A DNA stretch of 64,000 nucleotides from an uncultured Chloroflexia bacterium (GTDB lineage Bacteria > Chloroflexota > Chloroflexia > Thermomicrobiales > UBA6265), in NCBI GenBank assembly GCA_963849635.1, contig CAWKIA010000036.1:81923-145922 (forward strand), in the 5' to 3' direction. Positions 32,641 through 42,999 of this stretch are shown here, piece by piece. Each line of letters opens with the position of its first letter. Position 1 is the stretch's first letter. The position numbers and the translations under genes were made by a program. The notes below the pieces were generated by a model. It was given only the letters and a program-made list of their open reading frames with translations, ran no database searches and was not told the origin of the DNA.

Positions 32641-32873
32641 CTTCACGCTCCATCTGTCTGACCGGACGGCCATCGGAATACCGTTGGGTCCGAGGGCGCA
32701 CCGCGCGGCGGCTCTCGCGCGTCGCTCCGAGGTCTTGACCGGCGACCGGCGTCCTACATGCCCACCGGTCACCCGTGCTCGCTCTCACCTCTCCTTCGGT
32801 TCATGCAGCACGCACTGCAGAAGGGACGGTCGAACACTGCCCCCGGCGTGACCGAGCATCTTCGTTCCTTCTG

Positions 32874-32921
32874 AACCTATCGAGGGAGGGGTTGTAGGGT
32901 CATGGTCCGAAGGGCGCATTT
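32874..32921 (-). promoter_or_regulatory. Regulon promoter element, site H (arc operon)
   Basis: AAATGCGCCCTT-CGGA-CCATGA-CCCTACAACCCCTCCCTCGA-TAGGTT. Confidence 0.78.
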
Positions 32922-33078
32922 CATGGTTAAACGGTGTATGAACGCTAGCCCAACATTAAAAGTTAGAAGCGCAAGGAACGGGTGCGATGGTATTGCCCTT
33001 CCCCGCGAGCCGATCCGACGGGCACCACCACATTCAACAGAGGAATGGGATATGAGCGGCTGGGCAGAGATAGCCCAG

Positions 33079-35358
33079 CTAAGAATCGCTCGGCTTTGTT
33101 GGCGCCCGAGCCGTGACGGTCGTCGAACCCGGCCCAATGGCGACCTCCAGCGTTCCACCGATTTGGCGCAGACGCTCCTGCATTCCCGGGATGCCGACTC
33201 CGTTCGGATGCGTTGCGAGCGACGGCTCGTTCGAGGTCCGTCCATTGCCTTGATCGTGCACGCGCAACTCGACCAAACCACCCCATGATTTCAACGTCAG
33301 TGTTGCCCGGTCTACGCCCGCGTGGCGGACGACGTTGGAAAGCGCCTCCTGCGCGACACGGAATAGCGCTGTCTCCGCTTCGGCTGCCAACCGCCCGACG
33401 TCTTCCACCCCGGAGGCGTCAACGTTGAACTCGCCGCGGCGAGCCAGCCCAGCCGCGTACTCGCGCAACGAAGGCGCGAGTCCGGCCATGTCGAGGAGCG
33501 GTGGATGAAGGAGATAGGCTCGGGTCCGGAGTGCGCGCAGCGCTTGCTCCGCAAGATTCTGTGCCTCTGCGAGGACTTCTCGTGAGCGTGCGCTCAAGCG
33601 CCTGCTATCTCGCTCGATCGAGGCCAGGGCGACCGTGATCGCGAACACGTCCTGAGCCACACCGTCGTGCAACTCGCGGGCGAGCCGGCGTCGCTCATCG
33701 TCCTGCAGCTTTAGGAGCTGGTGACTCAATCTACGGAGGGTCGCTTCGGTCTCCCGGAGCTCGGTAATGTCGAGCGCGGCACCGACGACCAGCCGTGGCC
33801 GCCCGTCGGGCTCCCGCGAGAGCACCGTGACGCGCGCCGCCATCCAGCGCCAGGTGCCGTCGGAGTGGCGCATCCGGAAGGAGAACTCGACCACCTCGCC
33901 GTCGGCGGCGGCGCTGATCCGCGTCATCGCCGCCTGCAGGGTCGCCCGGTCCCCGGGATGCCTAAAGGCCATCGGATCGGAGACTTCTGCTTCGGTCAGG
34001 CGCTCCGCTGTGTAGCCAAGCACGCGGCCGATGGCGTCGTTCACATAGACGGTGCGGGATTCGATGACGTCGAAGACGTAGAGAATGCCCGGACTTGCTG
34101 CCCCCACCCGATCCGCAAGGCGTCGGCTTGCGGCCAGCTCCTGCTCGGCCCGCCTGAGTTCGGTCACGTCGCGGCCGACCCCCTGGTACTCGGTGACGTT
34201 GCCGGCCGTGTCATAAACGGGATAGTCGATCCAGTGTTGAATGCGGATCTCGCCGTCGGGGAGCTCGATCGCGTGCTCGATCTCCACGGGTCGGGCCTCG
34301 GCGACGAGAGTCTGGAAGTGGGCCGAGAGGCGCTGACGTATCGATTCCGAGGCGAGGTCCATGCTCCGTCGGCCCAGGACGTTCTCCCTCTTCCGGGCAA
34401 AGCCACGGCAGTACGCGTCGTTAACGAAGGTCAGCGTCGTATCCGAGGTGAAACGGCAGATCATCTCGGTCTGGCTTTCGACCACCGCCCGGTAGCGTGC
34501 CTCGCTCTCCCGGAGTGCATCCTCGGATGCTCGTTGCTTGGAGATGTCGAGCGCCGCGCCGACCATGAGATGTGGCCATCCGTCCGGTGTTCGCGTCAGG
34601 ATCGACTGTCGCGCCGATATCCAGCACCACTCTCCGTTCGCATGTCTCAATCGAAAGATGTGCTCGACAATCGCACCGTCCGTGGCCGCTATGAGTTCCG
34701 CCGCCATTTCGGGCAGGCGCTCTTGATCCTCGGGGTGCAGCAACCCGGTGAACGGCGGCTCACCCATCCCCTCCACCATCTCGTCGTGGCTGTAACCAAG
34801 GATCCGCGCCAGGGCGCTGTTTGTATACACCGACCGCTGTTGGACCCAGTCATACACGTAGAGAATTGCCGGGCTTGCCGCCGCGATGCCCTGCTCGAAG
34901 TGTCGCAGCTCCTCCAGCCCGTTCTCGGCCATGACCTGATCGGTGACATCGCGGATGACATTGACGACAGAGCGGGTGCCATCCTCGGCCGGCAGCGGAG
35001 CGGCATGAATAATGGCCCAGCGGTCTTCGTCCGTCGTCTCGTCGTGGTACCGAATGAGGACATCCGGCGCGTCCAGACCCGCTAGCACCAGTCGCCCGGG
35101 CAATCGATCCCAGGGGAATGGCGCGCCATGTTCGTCAAACAGGGTGTACCGCCCAGGATATTCAGCCGGATCCGACTTGAGGAGTTCTTCAGGGGTGGAA
35201 AAGCCTCCCCTGCGGGCCGCGACGGTGTTCGCATAGACGACCCTGCCGCCAGCGTCCTGGACAGTCACGCTATCTAACATGTGATCAAGGACGGCCGCTA
35301 GGTCCGGCCTGGGAGTAGTCATTGACTGCCTCCGAGATCGCCGCATGGGAGACGTCAA
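33079..35358 (-). CDS. Cytoplasmic multi-PAS sensor histidine kinase (HisKA_3, NarX/UhpB type)
   Basis: Four PAS/PAC repeats; ERRRLARELHD, LFRVAQEALSNVVRHA, DQGNG and GIPGMQER; no obvious TM. Confidence 0.92.
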   Translation of the reverse strand: MTSPMRRSRRQSMTTPRPDLAAVLDHMLDSVTVQDAGGRVVYANTVAARRGGFSTPEELLKSDPAEYPGRYTLFDEHGAPFPWDRLPGRLVLAGLDAPDVLIRYHDETTDEDRWAIIHAAPLPAEDGTRSVVNVIRDVTDQVMAENGLEELRHFEQGIAAASPAILYVYDWVQQRSVYTNSALARILGYSHDEMVEGMGEPPFTGLLHPEDQERLPEMAAELIAATDGAIVEHIFRLRHANGEWCWISARQSILTRTPDGWPHLMVGAALDISKQRASEDALRESEARYRAVVESQTEMICRFTSDTTLTFVNDAYCRGFARKRENVLGRRSMDLASESIRQRLSAHFQTLVAEARPVEIEHAIELPDGEIRIQHWIDYPVYDTAGNVTEYQGVGRDVTELRRAEQELAASRRLADRVGAASPGILYVFDVIESRTVYVNDAIGRVLGYTAERLTEAEVSDPMAFRHPGDRATLQAAMTRISAAADGEVVEFSFRMRHSDGTWRWMAARVTVLSREPDGRPRLVVGAALDITELRETEATLRRLSHQLLKLQDDERRRLARELHDGVAQDVFAITVALASIERDSRRLSARSREVLAEAQNLAEQALRALRTRAYLLHPPLLDMAGLAPSLREYAAGLARRGEFNVDASGVEDVGRLAAEAETALFRVAQEALSNVVRHAGVDRATLTLKSWGGLVELRVHDQGNGRTSNEPSLATHPNGVGIPGMQERLRQIGGTLEVAIGPGSTTVTARAPTKPSDS

Positions 35359-35721
35359 TATCGTATCTCAACCGGCTTTGTAAATGGCACCGAATCTGTC
35401 GAAGACACAGCTGCGAGTGCTCAGATGACGTCCCGCTCGGCGGATCCAGGCGGCGCGGATGAGCGCGCGACGTTGATGGCCATGGATTATGAGATTCGGA
35501 TTAGCCCAAGCAGGCCTCGTTGCCGAGCCCTGGAGATCGCCACGATTTAGCACCAGCGGGGTGTGGATGATCGCCGGGTCGCCGTCGCTGCGGGCCGGCA
35601 CTCGCGTCGGATCTTGCCCGCATTCCTATCTCGTATGGCGCGTATCGACGATCAGCCAAATGCAGCGCCAGGACCAGACTACGTGTTCTCACTCCTGGCG
35701 GTCTACGACCTTCATGTGACG

Positions 35722-36093
35722 CTACTTCTCATCTTCATCGACGAGGAATTTATTCAGGATTATCGAAACCACGCTGACGATGATTCCGCCCAGGATTGCA
35801 TCGAAGAACCCGTCAACGACGAAGTGCGAGTCGAAAATGCGATTGGTCAGTCGCGCGGCAAGCCAGAGGGTGAAGCCATTGATGACAAGGAGAAAAAGCC
35901 CGAGCGTCATCGCGGTGATAGGCAACGTCAGCAGCTTGATGATCGGCCGGATGGTTGCGTTGACTAGCCCCAAGACCGCCGCCATAGCGGCGACACCCAA
36001 CCAGCCGCCGCCGCTGGCGTCGATCCCCGGCAGGAGCCATACCGCGGCAACGAGGGCGATCGCGGAGATTAACCAGCGAAGGAGTAGTTTCAC
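35722..36093 (-). CDS. 4-TM phage_holin_4_2 / YvlD-like membrane protein
   Basis: LGLVNA.IRP..KLLTLP....TLGLF.LVING motif. Confidence 0.82.
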   Translation of the reverse strand: MKLLLRWLISAIALVAAVWLLPGIDASGGGWLGVAAMAAVLGLVNATIRPIIKLLTLPITAMTLGLFLLVINGFTLWLAARLTNRIFDSHFVVDGFFDAILGGIIVSVVSIILNKFLVDEDEK

Positions 36094-36180
36094 AGCCAGT
36101 TCATCCTCTAACGAGGGACTCATCGTCGCGACGAGACCTATCCGACGCGCCATCCCGATCCATTACGGGAACACGATACG

Positions 36181-36911
36181 CTACTCGAGCTGGGAGAGAC
36201 CGACCGCCAAGGCGAAGCCAAGTACGGTCACCAGGCCGACCAGTCGGCCCCCCTCTTCAAACGCCTCGGGGATCATGGAGTCGACGAGCATCGTCAAGAT
36301 CGCACCCGCCGCGAATGCTTGGATCAGGGAACCGATTACCGGCGAGGTGCCGTCGAGGATGATGTACCCAAGGGCGGAGGAAATCGCGCTCACCGCCACG
36401 ATCGCGAGCCACACCCCCATCAATCGTCGCGGCGATGTGCCGCCCTTTTCAAACCAACGGTGGCACCGACCGCCTCCGGGAAGTTGGAAAGGAACGCCGC
36501 CACGACCATCGCGATACTGACGCCGCCCCCGGCAACGAGACTGGCGCCGACTACCATTGACTCCGGGATGCCGTCGAGCACCGTTCCCAGCATGATCGCC
36601 CGGGCATTGCCGGCCGACCCTGCGCCACTTATGTCTTTCCGCTCCTTGCCACCGCGGACGTCTATGTACCAGTCGCCGCCGAAGTAGACGAGCGCCCCGG
36701 CCGCGAGACCGAGTGCCGGCGCTCCTGTGCCCTTGCCCGTTTCGGTCGCCTTCTCGACCAGCTCGAAGGCGACGGCGCTGATCAGGGCACCGACGCCGAA
36801 GCCCATCAGCAACCCGACAAACCGAGGAGAAAGATCTCGCCGCAGCGCGACCGCCGCGCCGATCAATAGCGAGGATGCACTGAAGGCTCCCCAGAACGCG
36901 GCCTCCCACAT
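36181..36911 (-). pseudogene. ZIP family metal transporter split by a 1-nt deletion in an A-run near 36447
   Basis: GFGVGALISAVAFEL, LDGIPES and FLSNFPE in one frame; FAAGAILTML.DSMIPEAF in another. Confidence 0.8.
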
Positions 36912-37025
36912 CTCGGCGTGACTCCCTTCGAAGGGCGCACCGACCCAGTGCGAAACCATGCGTTCGCATCAGGAGTACGTGTCCGGGAATGACACAAGCA
37001 TCCATTGCCGCCGGACTCCGGAAGC

Positions 37026-37056
37026 TCGACGCCTCGGGTTTTTCCCGAGGCGTCGA
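37026..37056 (-). terminator. Hairpin downstream of ppk2 (possible terminator or processing site)
   Basis: TCGACGCCTCGGG-N5-CCCGAGGCGTCGA, a perfect 13-bp stem. Confidence 0.55.
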
Positions 37057-37178
37057 TGGAGTACTGAAAGGCCCTCAGAACGTGGCCTCCCATCCTTTCT
37101 CCGCGGCGGGAAGGCGCGGCCGTCGTCAAATCGATGTTGTGATGGCCAGGCAACGCGCCCTGTTGGTGCAAACCGGGA

Positions 37179-38045
37179 CTAGTACCGCTTCGGGACGAAC
37201 CGGTATGGGTAGTCTGGCTCTACATAATTCCCAGCAGGCTTGCGCTTGGGCAGAACGACCTTCGGCCGAGGCACATCTTTGTACGGAACGAGACTCAACA
37301 GGTGGGCAATGCAATTGAGTCGTCCCCGCCGCTTCTCGTTGGAGTCGACTACGTGCCAGGGGGACTCCGGAACGTCGGTGGCTGCGAACATCGCATCGCG
37401 CGCCCGAGAGTAGTCGTACCAGCGACGGTGCGACTCCAGGTCCATCGGGCTCAGTTTCCAGATCTTTCGGCCGTCGGTGATGCGATCTTCGAAGCGGCGG
37501 GTCTGCTCCTCAGGGCTGGCCTCGAGCCAGTACTTAATCAGGATGATGCCTGAGGCGATCATCGCGCGCTCGACTGGCAAGACGTGCTGGAGAAACTCGT
37601 CAACCTGGGCTTCCGTGGCATAGCCCATCACCCGCTCGACACCCGCCCGGTTGTACCAACTTCGGTCGAAGATCACCACTTCACCCGCCGCCGGGAAGTG
37701 CGCGATGTAGCGCTGGATGTACATCTGCGACTTCTCGCGCTCGGTCGGCGCGGGTAACGCGACCACGCGGAAGACCCGCGGACTGACCCGTTCGGTGATG
37801 CGCTTGATCGTCCCGCCCTTGCCCGCGGCGTCGCGGCCTTCGAAGACGATGCAGATCTTGGCGCCGGTGGCTTTCACCCACTCCTGAAGCTTGACCAGCT
37901 CCACGTGGAGCGAGTCCATCTCATTCTCAAACTCCCGCGCCTTCATCCGGGGCTGACTTCCATTGACGTCCAACCCGTTGGACCCGACGGGAGGGTGCTG
38001 GACCTTCTTTTCCTTTTTGCCCTTCTTTGTCGCTGTTGTCGCCAT
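37179..38045 (-). CDS. ppk2: Polyphosphate kinase 2
   Basis: FEGRDAAGKGG, FDRSWYNRAGVE.VMG and WKLSPMD motifs. Confidence 0.95.
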   Translation of the reverse strand: MATTATKKGKKEKKVQHPPVGSNGLDVNGSQPRMKAREFENEMDSLHVELVKLQEWVKATGAKICIVFEGRDAAGKGGTIKRITERVSPRVFRVVALPAPTEREKSQMYIQRYIAHFPAAGEVVIFDRSWYNRAGVERVMGYATEAQVDEFLQHVLPVERAMIASGIILIKYWLEASPEEQTRRFEDRITDGRKIWKLSPMDLESHRRWYDYSRARDAMFAATDVPESPWHVVDSNEKRRGRLNCIAHLLSLVPYKDVPRPKVVLPKRKPAGNYVEPDYPYRFVPKRY

Positions 38046-38082
38046 TACTCGCCTCCTGCATGGTTCCTGCTGGTCCGCGTGC

Positions 38083-40854
38083 TCATGCCGCCTGCGGGCT
38101 GGGTTGCGGCGCCACCTGCGCGGCGACCTGGGGTGCCGGCTGCGCCCCGCGCCGAGCGAAGTAGAACTTGATCGCTTCTTCTACCACCAGCAAGATCAAC
38201 GCGACCCCAAGGCAGATGAGCCATTGGTTCAGCGTGAGCGAGACGGTGCTGAAGATCCGCTGGAAGAGCCCGATCTCCGTGGAGAGGATGGTCAACAGGA
38301 GCGCGATCGCGATCAAGCGCAGTTGTCGTCCATGGGGCAATGCCTCACGATTGAAGACCGTTCCGCGTTCGTCCCGCACGCAGAAGGTCAAGACGATGTG
38401 GAACAAGGAGAGTGCCGTCAGCAGCATCGTGGTTGCGACCGCCGCGCCCTTGTCGTCGTCGACGGCCGTGTAGATGCCGAGAACGCCGACCATCATGATC
38501 AGCCCTTGCACGGTGATGCGGATCCACTGCGCCCTCGTGAAGACCGGCGCGGCAAGGGGCCGAGGTTTGCGCTCCATCAAGCCGGGAGTCGGGATGTCGA
38601 ATCCCAGCGCGATGGCGAGCGGGATGTCGATTGCAAAGTTCAACCACAGGATCTGCAGCGGATCGAGCGGCGTACCGTTGGCGATGTTGAAGATCGTCGC
38701 GCCGAGGAAGACCGCGATGAAGGCGACCAGGGTCGCCATCTGGAACCGCAGATACTTCATCAGGTTGTCGTAGAGCGACCGGCCGAACTCGACCGCCTTC
38801 ACGATGGTGGCGAAGTTGTCATCGGTCAGGATCATCACCGCCGCGCCCTTAGAGACCTCGGTGCCGGTAATGCCCATGGCAACGCCGATGTCGGCCTTCT
38901 TCAGCGCCGGCGCGTCGTTGACTCCGTCGCCCGTCATCGCGACGACCTCTTGCGCCTTCTGCAGCGTCGTCACCAGGCGGACTTTGTCTTCGGGAGCGAC
39001 GCGGGCGATCACGCCAATTTCGGGGATCTGCCTCGTCAGTTCCTCGTCGCTCATCGCCGCGAACTCAGCACCGGTGATCGCCCTGCCCTCAATCCCGAGC
39101 TCTGCGCCGATCGCGGCGGCGGTGGTGGCGTGATCACCGGTGATCATGCGAACGCGGATGCCGGCGCTCTTGCAGTCGGCGATGGCCAACTTCGCTTCTG
39201 CGCGCGGTGGGTCGACGATGCCGACCATCGCCAGCAGCGTCAGGTCCTGGACGAGGTCAATCAGGTTGCCGTTCGGATTGAAGGTCGCGGGGTCAAAATC
39301 GCGCTCGGCAACGACCATGATGCGCTGACCCGCGGCGGCAATGCGGTCGTTCTCGTCCAGTGCGACTTGACGATTCTGGTCGTTGACGGGTAGGCGCTCG
39401 CCGTTAAGCCCGCGGAACCAGCTGGAACGGGAAATCAGGATGTCCGGTGCGCCCTTGACGAAGCCGCGTACGACTGGCTTGCCGGCGGCATCGGTCATAT
39501 TGTGAAAAGTTGCCATAAATTTGTAAGCGGCATCGAACGGGACCTCGGCGATGCGCGGGTACGTTCGCCGGGTCTCGTCGAGATCGAGCCCGCCCTTTGC
39601 CGCCAGGACGATCAGCGCTCCTTCGGTGGGATCACCGATCAACCGTTCTCCGTCCAGCGTGGCGTCGGCGCAGAGGGCCATCGGCAGCAGATAGGGATCC
39701 AGGTCATGTTCTGCCCCGCCCGGGCGCAGGATCTGTCCTTCTGTGCTGTATCCCTCGCCGGAGATCTTGAAGCGGTTGCCCTGACCGGGAACAACCAGTT
39801 CTCGCGCGGTCATCTTGTTGAGCGTCAGGGTGCCGGTCTTGTCCGAACAGATGGCGGAGGTCGAGCCCAGCGTCTCCACCGCCGGCAACCGTTTCATGAT
39901 CGCGCCGCGTTCGGCGAGCGCGCGGGTACCAAACGAGAGGAGTGTCGTCACCACCGCGGGCAGACCTGTCGGGATGGCGGCGACTGCCAGGGCGACACCG
40001 GTGATGAACAATTCGTCCAGCGACTGATCGCGCGCCAGGCCGACCAGGACGATCACCGCGAGTGCCAGGGCGGCGACCGCGGTAATGACCTTCGTCAGCT
40101 CGTCGAGCTTCTTCTGCAGGGGCGTCTTGTCCGTCTCGGTCGCGTTGAGCATTGCACCGATGTGGCCGATCTCGGTGTTCATGCCGGTGCCGGTGACGAT
40201 CATTTCCCCACGGCCGCGCGTGACCGAGGTGTTCATGTAGGCCATGCAGGCGCGGTCGCCGAGCGCGACCTCCGGCTTGTCGATGGTGGCGACGTCTTTG
40301 GAGACCGGTACGCTCTCGCCTGTTAGCGTGCCTTCTTCGATCTCGACGGTTGCCGCAACGAACAACCGGCCGTCAGCAGGAACGAGATTGCCCGCCTCCA
40401 TGAGCACGACGTCGCCGGGCACGATCTCCGTGGCATCGAGCTCCACGGGCTGTCCGTCCCGGCGAACCCGTGCAATGGTTTCCATCATCCCCTGGAGCGC
40501 TGACAGGCTCGCCTCGGCCTTCGCCTCCTGGTGCAACCCCATCACGGCATTGACCACGGTGAGACCGATCAGCACCAGCGTGGTGCCGAGATCCTGGGTG
40601 ACTATTTGGTTGATGACGCCGGCGCCCAGCAGGACCATCTGCATGAGGTCCTGATACTGGCGGAGGAACGCCTGCAGGCCAGACTCCTTCTTACCCTCCG
40701 CCATCTGGTTTGGGCCGAATTTCGTCAGCCGGGATTGCGCTTCGGCGGCGCTCAATCCCGTTGCCGGATCGACGCCAAGTTTTTCGGCAACCTGGGTCGG
40801 GTTCAGGCGATACCAAGCCACGTCCTGTGCATCGGGCTTCGCTGCATCTGCCAT
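38083..40854 (-). CDS. P-type cation-transporting ATPase (P2A/Ca2+-like)
   Basis: LTGES, IPTGLP, DKTGTLT, KGAPD, MITGD and TGDGVNDAPAL motifs. Confidence 0.94.
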   Translation of the reverse strand: MADAAKPDAQDVAWYRLNPTQVAEKLGVDPATGLSAAEAQSRLTKFGPNQMAEGKKESGLQAFLRQYQDLMQMVLLGAGVINQIVTQDLGTTLVLIGLTVVNAVMGLHQEAKAEASLSALQGMMETIARVRRDGQPVELDATEIVPGDVVLMEAGNLVPADGRLFVAATVEIEEGTLTGESVPVSKDVATIDKPEVALGDRACMAYMNTSVTRGRGEMIVTGTGMNTEIGHIGAMLNATETDKTPLQKKLDELTKVITAVAALALAVIVLVGLARDQSLDELFITGVALAVAAIPTGLPAVVTTLLSFGTRALAERGAIMKRLPAVETLGSTSAICSDKTGTLTLNKMTARELVVPGQGNRFKISGEGYSTEGQILRPGGAEHDLDPYLLPMALCADATLDGERLIGDPTEGALIVLAAKGGLDLDETRRTYPRIAEVPFDAAYKFMATFHNMTDAAGKPVVRGFVKGAPDILISRSSWFRGLNGERLPVNDQNRQVALDENDRIAAAGQRIMVVAERDFDPATFNPNGNLIDLVQDLTLLAMVGIVDPPRAEAKLAIADCKSAGIRVRMITGDHATTAAAIGAELGIEGRAITGAEFAAMSDEELTRQIPEIGVIARVAPEDKVRLVTTLQKAQEVVAMTGDGVNDAPALKKADIGVAMGITGTEVSKGAAVMILTDDNFATIVKAVEFGRSLYDNLMKYLRFQMATLVAFIAVFLGATIFNIANGTPLDPLQILWLNFAIDIPLAIALGFDIPTPGLMERKPRPLAAPVFTRAQWIRITVQGLIMMVGVLGIYTAVDDDKGAAVATTMLLTALSLFHIVLTFCVRDERGTVFNREALPHGRQLRLIAIALLLTILSTEIGLFQRIFSTVSLTLNQWLICLGVALILLVVEEAIKFYFARRGAQPAPQVAAQVAPQPSPQAA

Positions 40855-40870
40855 GCTGCCTCCCTCTCCT

Positions 40871-41565
40871 CTAACGGCGGGCGCCAGCATGGCGCCCGCC
40901 GGGTCTTACCGTCCCGAGTTGTGGTAGTCCGAACCCTTCACATCCATCAACATGCGGCTCTCCCCTCCTTGAGGAGATTCCGCAACGGGAAGCATCCCCG
41001 CCAGGTATTCGCCATTGCTCGACCGTCGGGATATTCGGCATTGCCCCAAGGAAAGCCGCCTGTTCGAGTCCACCTCGTGACGCGTACTCCCACTCCGCCT
41101 CGGTCGGCAATGTCTTGCGGCCCAGGACGATAGCCTCCGAAGTTCTCAAGGTAATCTGGACAACCGGATATGACTCCGCGCTCCTCGATCGAGCTTGTCC
41201 GTGGGGACGCCTCCAATGGGCGCGCTGGCAAAAGTTCCACCATGTAGTGCCTAGGAATCCGGCAGCATCTGACCTAGCGGTTGCGTAAACACGCGGCCAC
41301 CCGGCACGAGCAGGTTCGCCGTGGCGTCCGGATATCGGTCCGGGCAACGCGGTCGTTCGGCGACAGTGACGTAGCCTGTGGCAGCCACGAAACCGGCGAA
41401 CTGTTCGTTCGTGACCGGAGTAGGGTCGATCCAGAAGCCGCCCACCGTCGTTCGGTGAACTGGCTGCTCCTCGGGATAGGTGTGATTCGAACCCATCCAG
41501 AACGTCCCGCCTGGGACCCGGACCATCGTGGCGGTTGGCGTGGGCGCGGTGGTCATTGCCGTCAT
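40871..41565 (-). pseudogene. Degenerate formylglycine-generating-enzyme (SUMF1/FGE-sulfatase) family gene
   Basis: GGTFWMGS..YPEE.P.H, VTN.QF..FV.ATGY.T.AE, LPTEAEWEYA.RGG and PWG...ANTW.G pieces lie in different frames; C-terminus missing. Confidence 0.85.
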
Positions 41566-41738
41566 TGTGCGTCTACAGACCTCATGCTCTGGCGATAGCC
41601 TCACCGGCGGTCCGGCCGGCAACCTCAAACGCTCGTGAGAGCCCACGCCGATTCGAACCGCTCTGGAGAGGTCTGCTGCCTATTAAGACGCCACGCCCTC
41701 ATGTAGAACGTAATGATGGAGCGGTTCACGATGAACTC

Positions 41739-41786
41739 AGCTTGGGCGTGAAGGGGTCGTATCGTCAGCGGTCCAAGGGCGTATTC
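41739..41786 (-). promoter_or_regulatory. Regulon promoter element, site I
   Basis: GAATACGCCCTT-GGAC-CGCTGA-CGATACGACCCCTTCACGCC-CAAGCT. Confidence 0.75.
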
Positions 41787-41871
41787 AGGGCTGGGGCGAC
41801 CAAGACGGTGAGGAAAAGTGAGGGGCTGTCGTCGCCGGAGGACTGCACTGACCTGGTGAAGCCCCACGCAC

Positions 41872-41919
41872 GGCTACGACCAACGACGGATGCAGCTACG
41901 ACCAGCATCCCCGTAGGCT
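41872..41919 (+). promoter_or_regulatory. Regulon promoter element, site J
   Basis: GGCTACGACCAA-CGAC-GGATGC-AGCTACGACCAGCATCCCCG-TAGGCT. Confidence 0.72.
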
Positions 41920-41989
41920 CGGAATGCGGGCGAGTCCGATCGGCACGGGCTCCGCGCTTTCGCGTCAGGAACATCGGGAGGGATATTGA

Positions 41990-42472
41990 ATGAGCACGTT
42001 GATCGCCATCGCATATCCGGATGAGCTCACCGCTAGACGGGCTCTCGCAAAGCTGAACGAGCTCCAGAAGCAACAATTAATTCAAATCGACGACGCGGTG
42101 ATCGCCCACCATGCGGGTGACAAGATCAAACTCGAGCAGGCGATCAGCACGACCGCCACCGGCGCTGCCGGCGGGGCCCTGTGGGGCGGCCTCTTTGGTC
42201 TGATCTTCCTTATGCCGATCGCGGGCATGGCAATCGGCGCCGCGACTGGCGCCGTGGCAGGGCACTTTACCGACATCGGTATCGACGACAAGTTCGTCAA
42301 GGAAGTCGGAGCCAAGGTCACGCCTGGCAAGGCTGCACTGGTCCTTCTGATCCGCTCGGCGACGTCGGACCGAGTCGTCGCCGAGATGAAAAAGGAAAAC
42401 CTGGGCGGCGAGCTCATGCAGTCCAACCTCTCAGCGGAGGACGAGGCGAAACTGATCGCTGCCGCCGCCTAA
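41990..42472 (+). CDS. DUF1269 family protein (paralogue 2)
   Basis: MSTLIAIAYPD, GA.GGALWG.LFGL.FL.P..G.AIGAA.GA and DIGIDDKF motifs. Confidence 0.88.
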   Translation: MSTLIAIAYPDELTARRALAKLNELQKQQLIQIDDAVIAHHAGDKIKLEQAISTTATGAAGGALWGGLFGLIFLMPIAGMAIGAATGAVAGHFTDIGIDDKFVKEVGAKVTPGKAALVLLIRSATSDRVVAEMKKENLGGELMQSNLSAEDEAKLIAAAA

Positions 42473-42566
42473 GACGTCGACCCTGCAGGTGGTCGTCCCA
42501 AGCGTTCACTGCGGCGATCGATGTCGTTCAATTCGAAGGTGACCGGATTCTAGCGGATCCGATCAG

Positions 42567-42612
42567 CGCCAACAGGAGGCCGGCGGCTAAACCCGCCGGC
42601 CTCCTGTTGGCG
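42567..42612. repeat. Perfect 20-bp inverted repeat (terminator- or REP-like)
   Basis: CGCCAACAGGAGGCCGGCGG-CTAAAC-CCGCCGGCCTCCTGTTGGCG. Confidence 0.8.
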
Positions 42613-42926
42613 TCGGATCGAGTTCACCTGCTATTCGACCTCAAGAGCACGCACCGGGGATTAGACAGAGCAACCCGGCCGACTGGCATTCCCGGCTCTT
42701 CGACTCCCGGGCCGTCTTTTACGATTACAGGATTAAACCGAACGTCGAGGCCACATGCTGTGCCTCGATTGCGGGAAGAACTGGGCACGGCCGCTAATCG
42801 GTGATTTACTCGGACGACAGGTTGTATGGGGAGTGATGTGCATGCCTTGCCGTCCATTAGATGGCGATGTAATTTTAAATTTGGTAACCTCGAACCTCTC
42901 GACGAGAATAACGTTTTTCTAATAAC

Positions 42927-42954
42927 TTGACGTAAGCGATAATCTCTCTAAAGT
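42927..42954 (+). promoter_or_regulatory. Candidate housekeeping sigma70 promoter of the NarL-type regulator
   Basis: TTGACG-N16-TAAAGT in an AT-rich intergenic tract. Confidence 0.5.
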
Positions 42955-42999
42955 GTACTGCCTACGATGAAAAGGCGCGTCGATCAGTGAGCGCAACCA

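Noticed and set aside
35722-36093. Holin as evidence of a prophage
   Set aside because: This 4-TM family is common in non-phage contexts, and there are no phage structural, lysin or integrase genes in the window.
36440-36455. Programmed -1 frameshift in the ZIP gene (TTTGAAAAG)
   Set aside because: Not a canonical X XXY YYZ heptamer and no clear stimulator; a one-base loss in an A-run is simpler.
33721-40326. Long antisense ORFs (e.g. 33721-35085, 37963-39393, 60693-61886, 62146-63600)
   Set aside because: Shadow frames of well-supported genes in high-GC DNA, with no family motifs.
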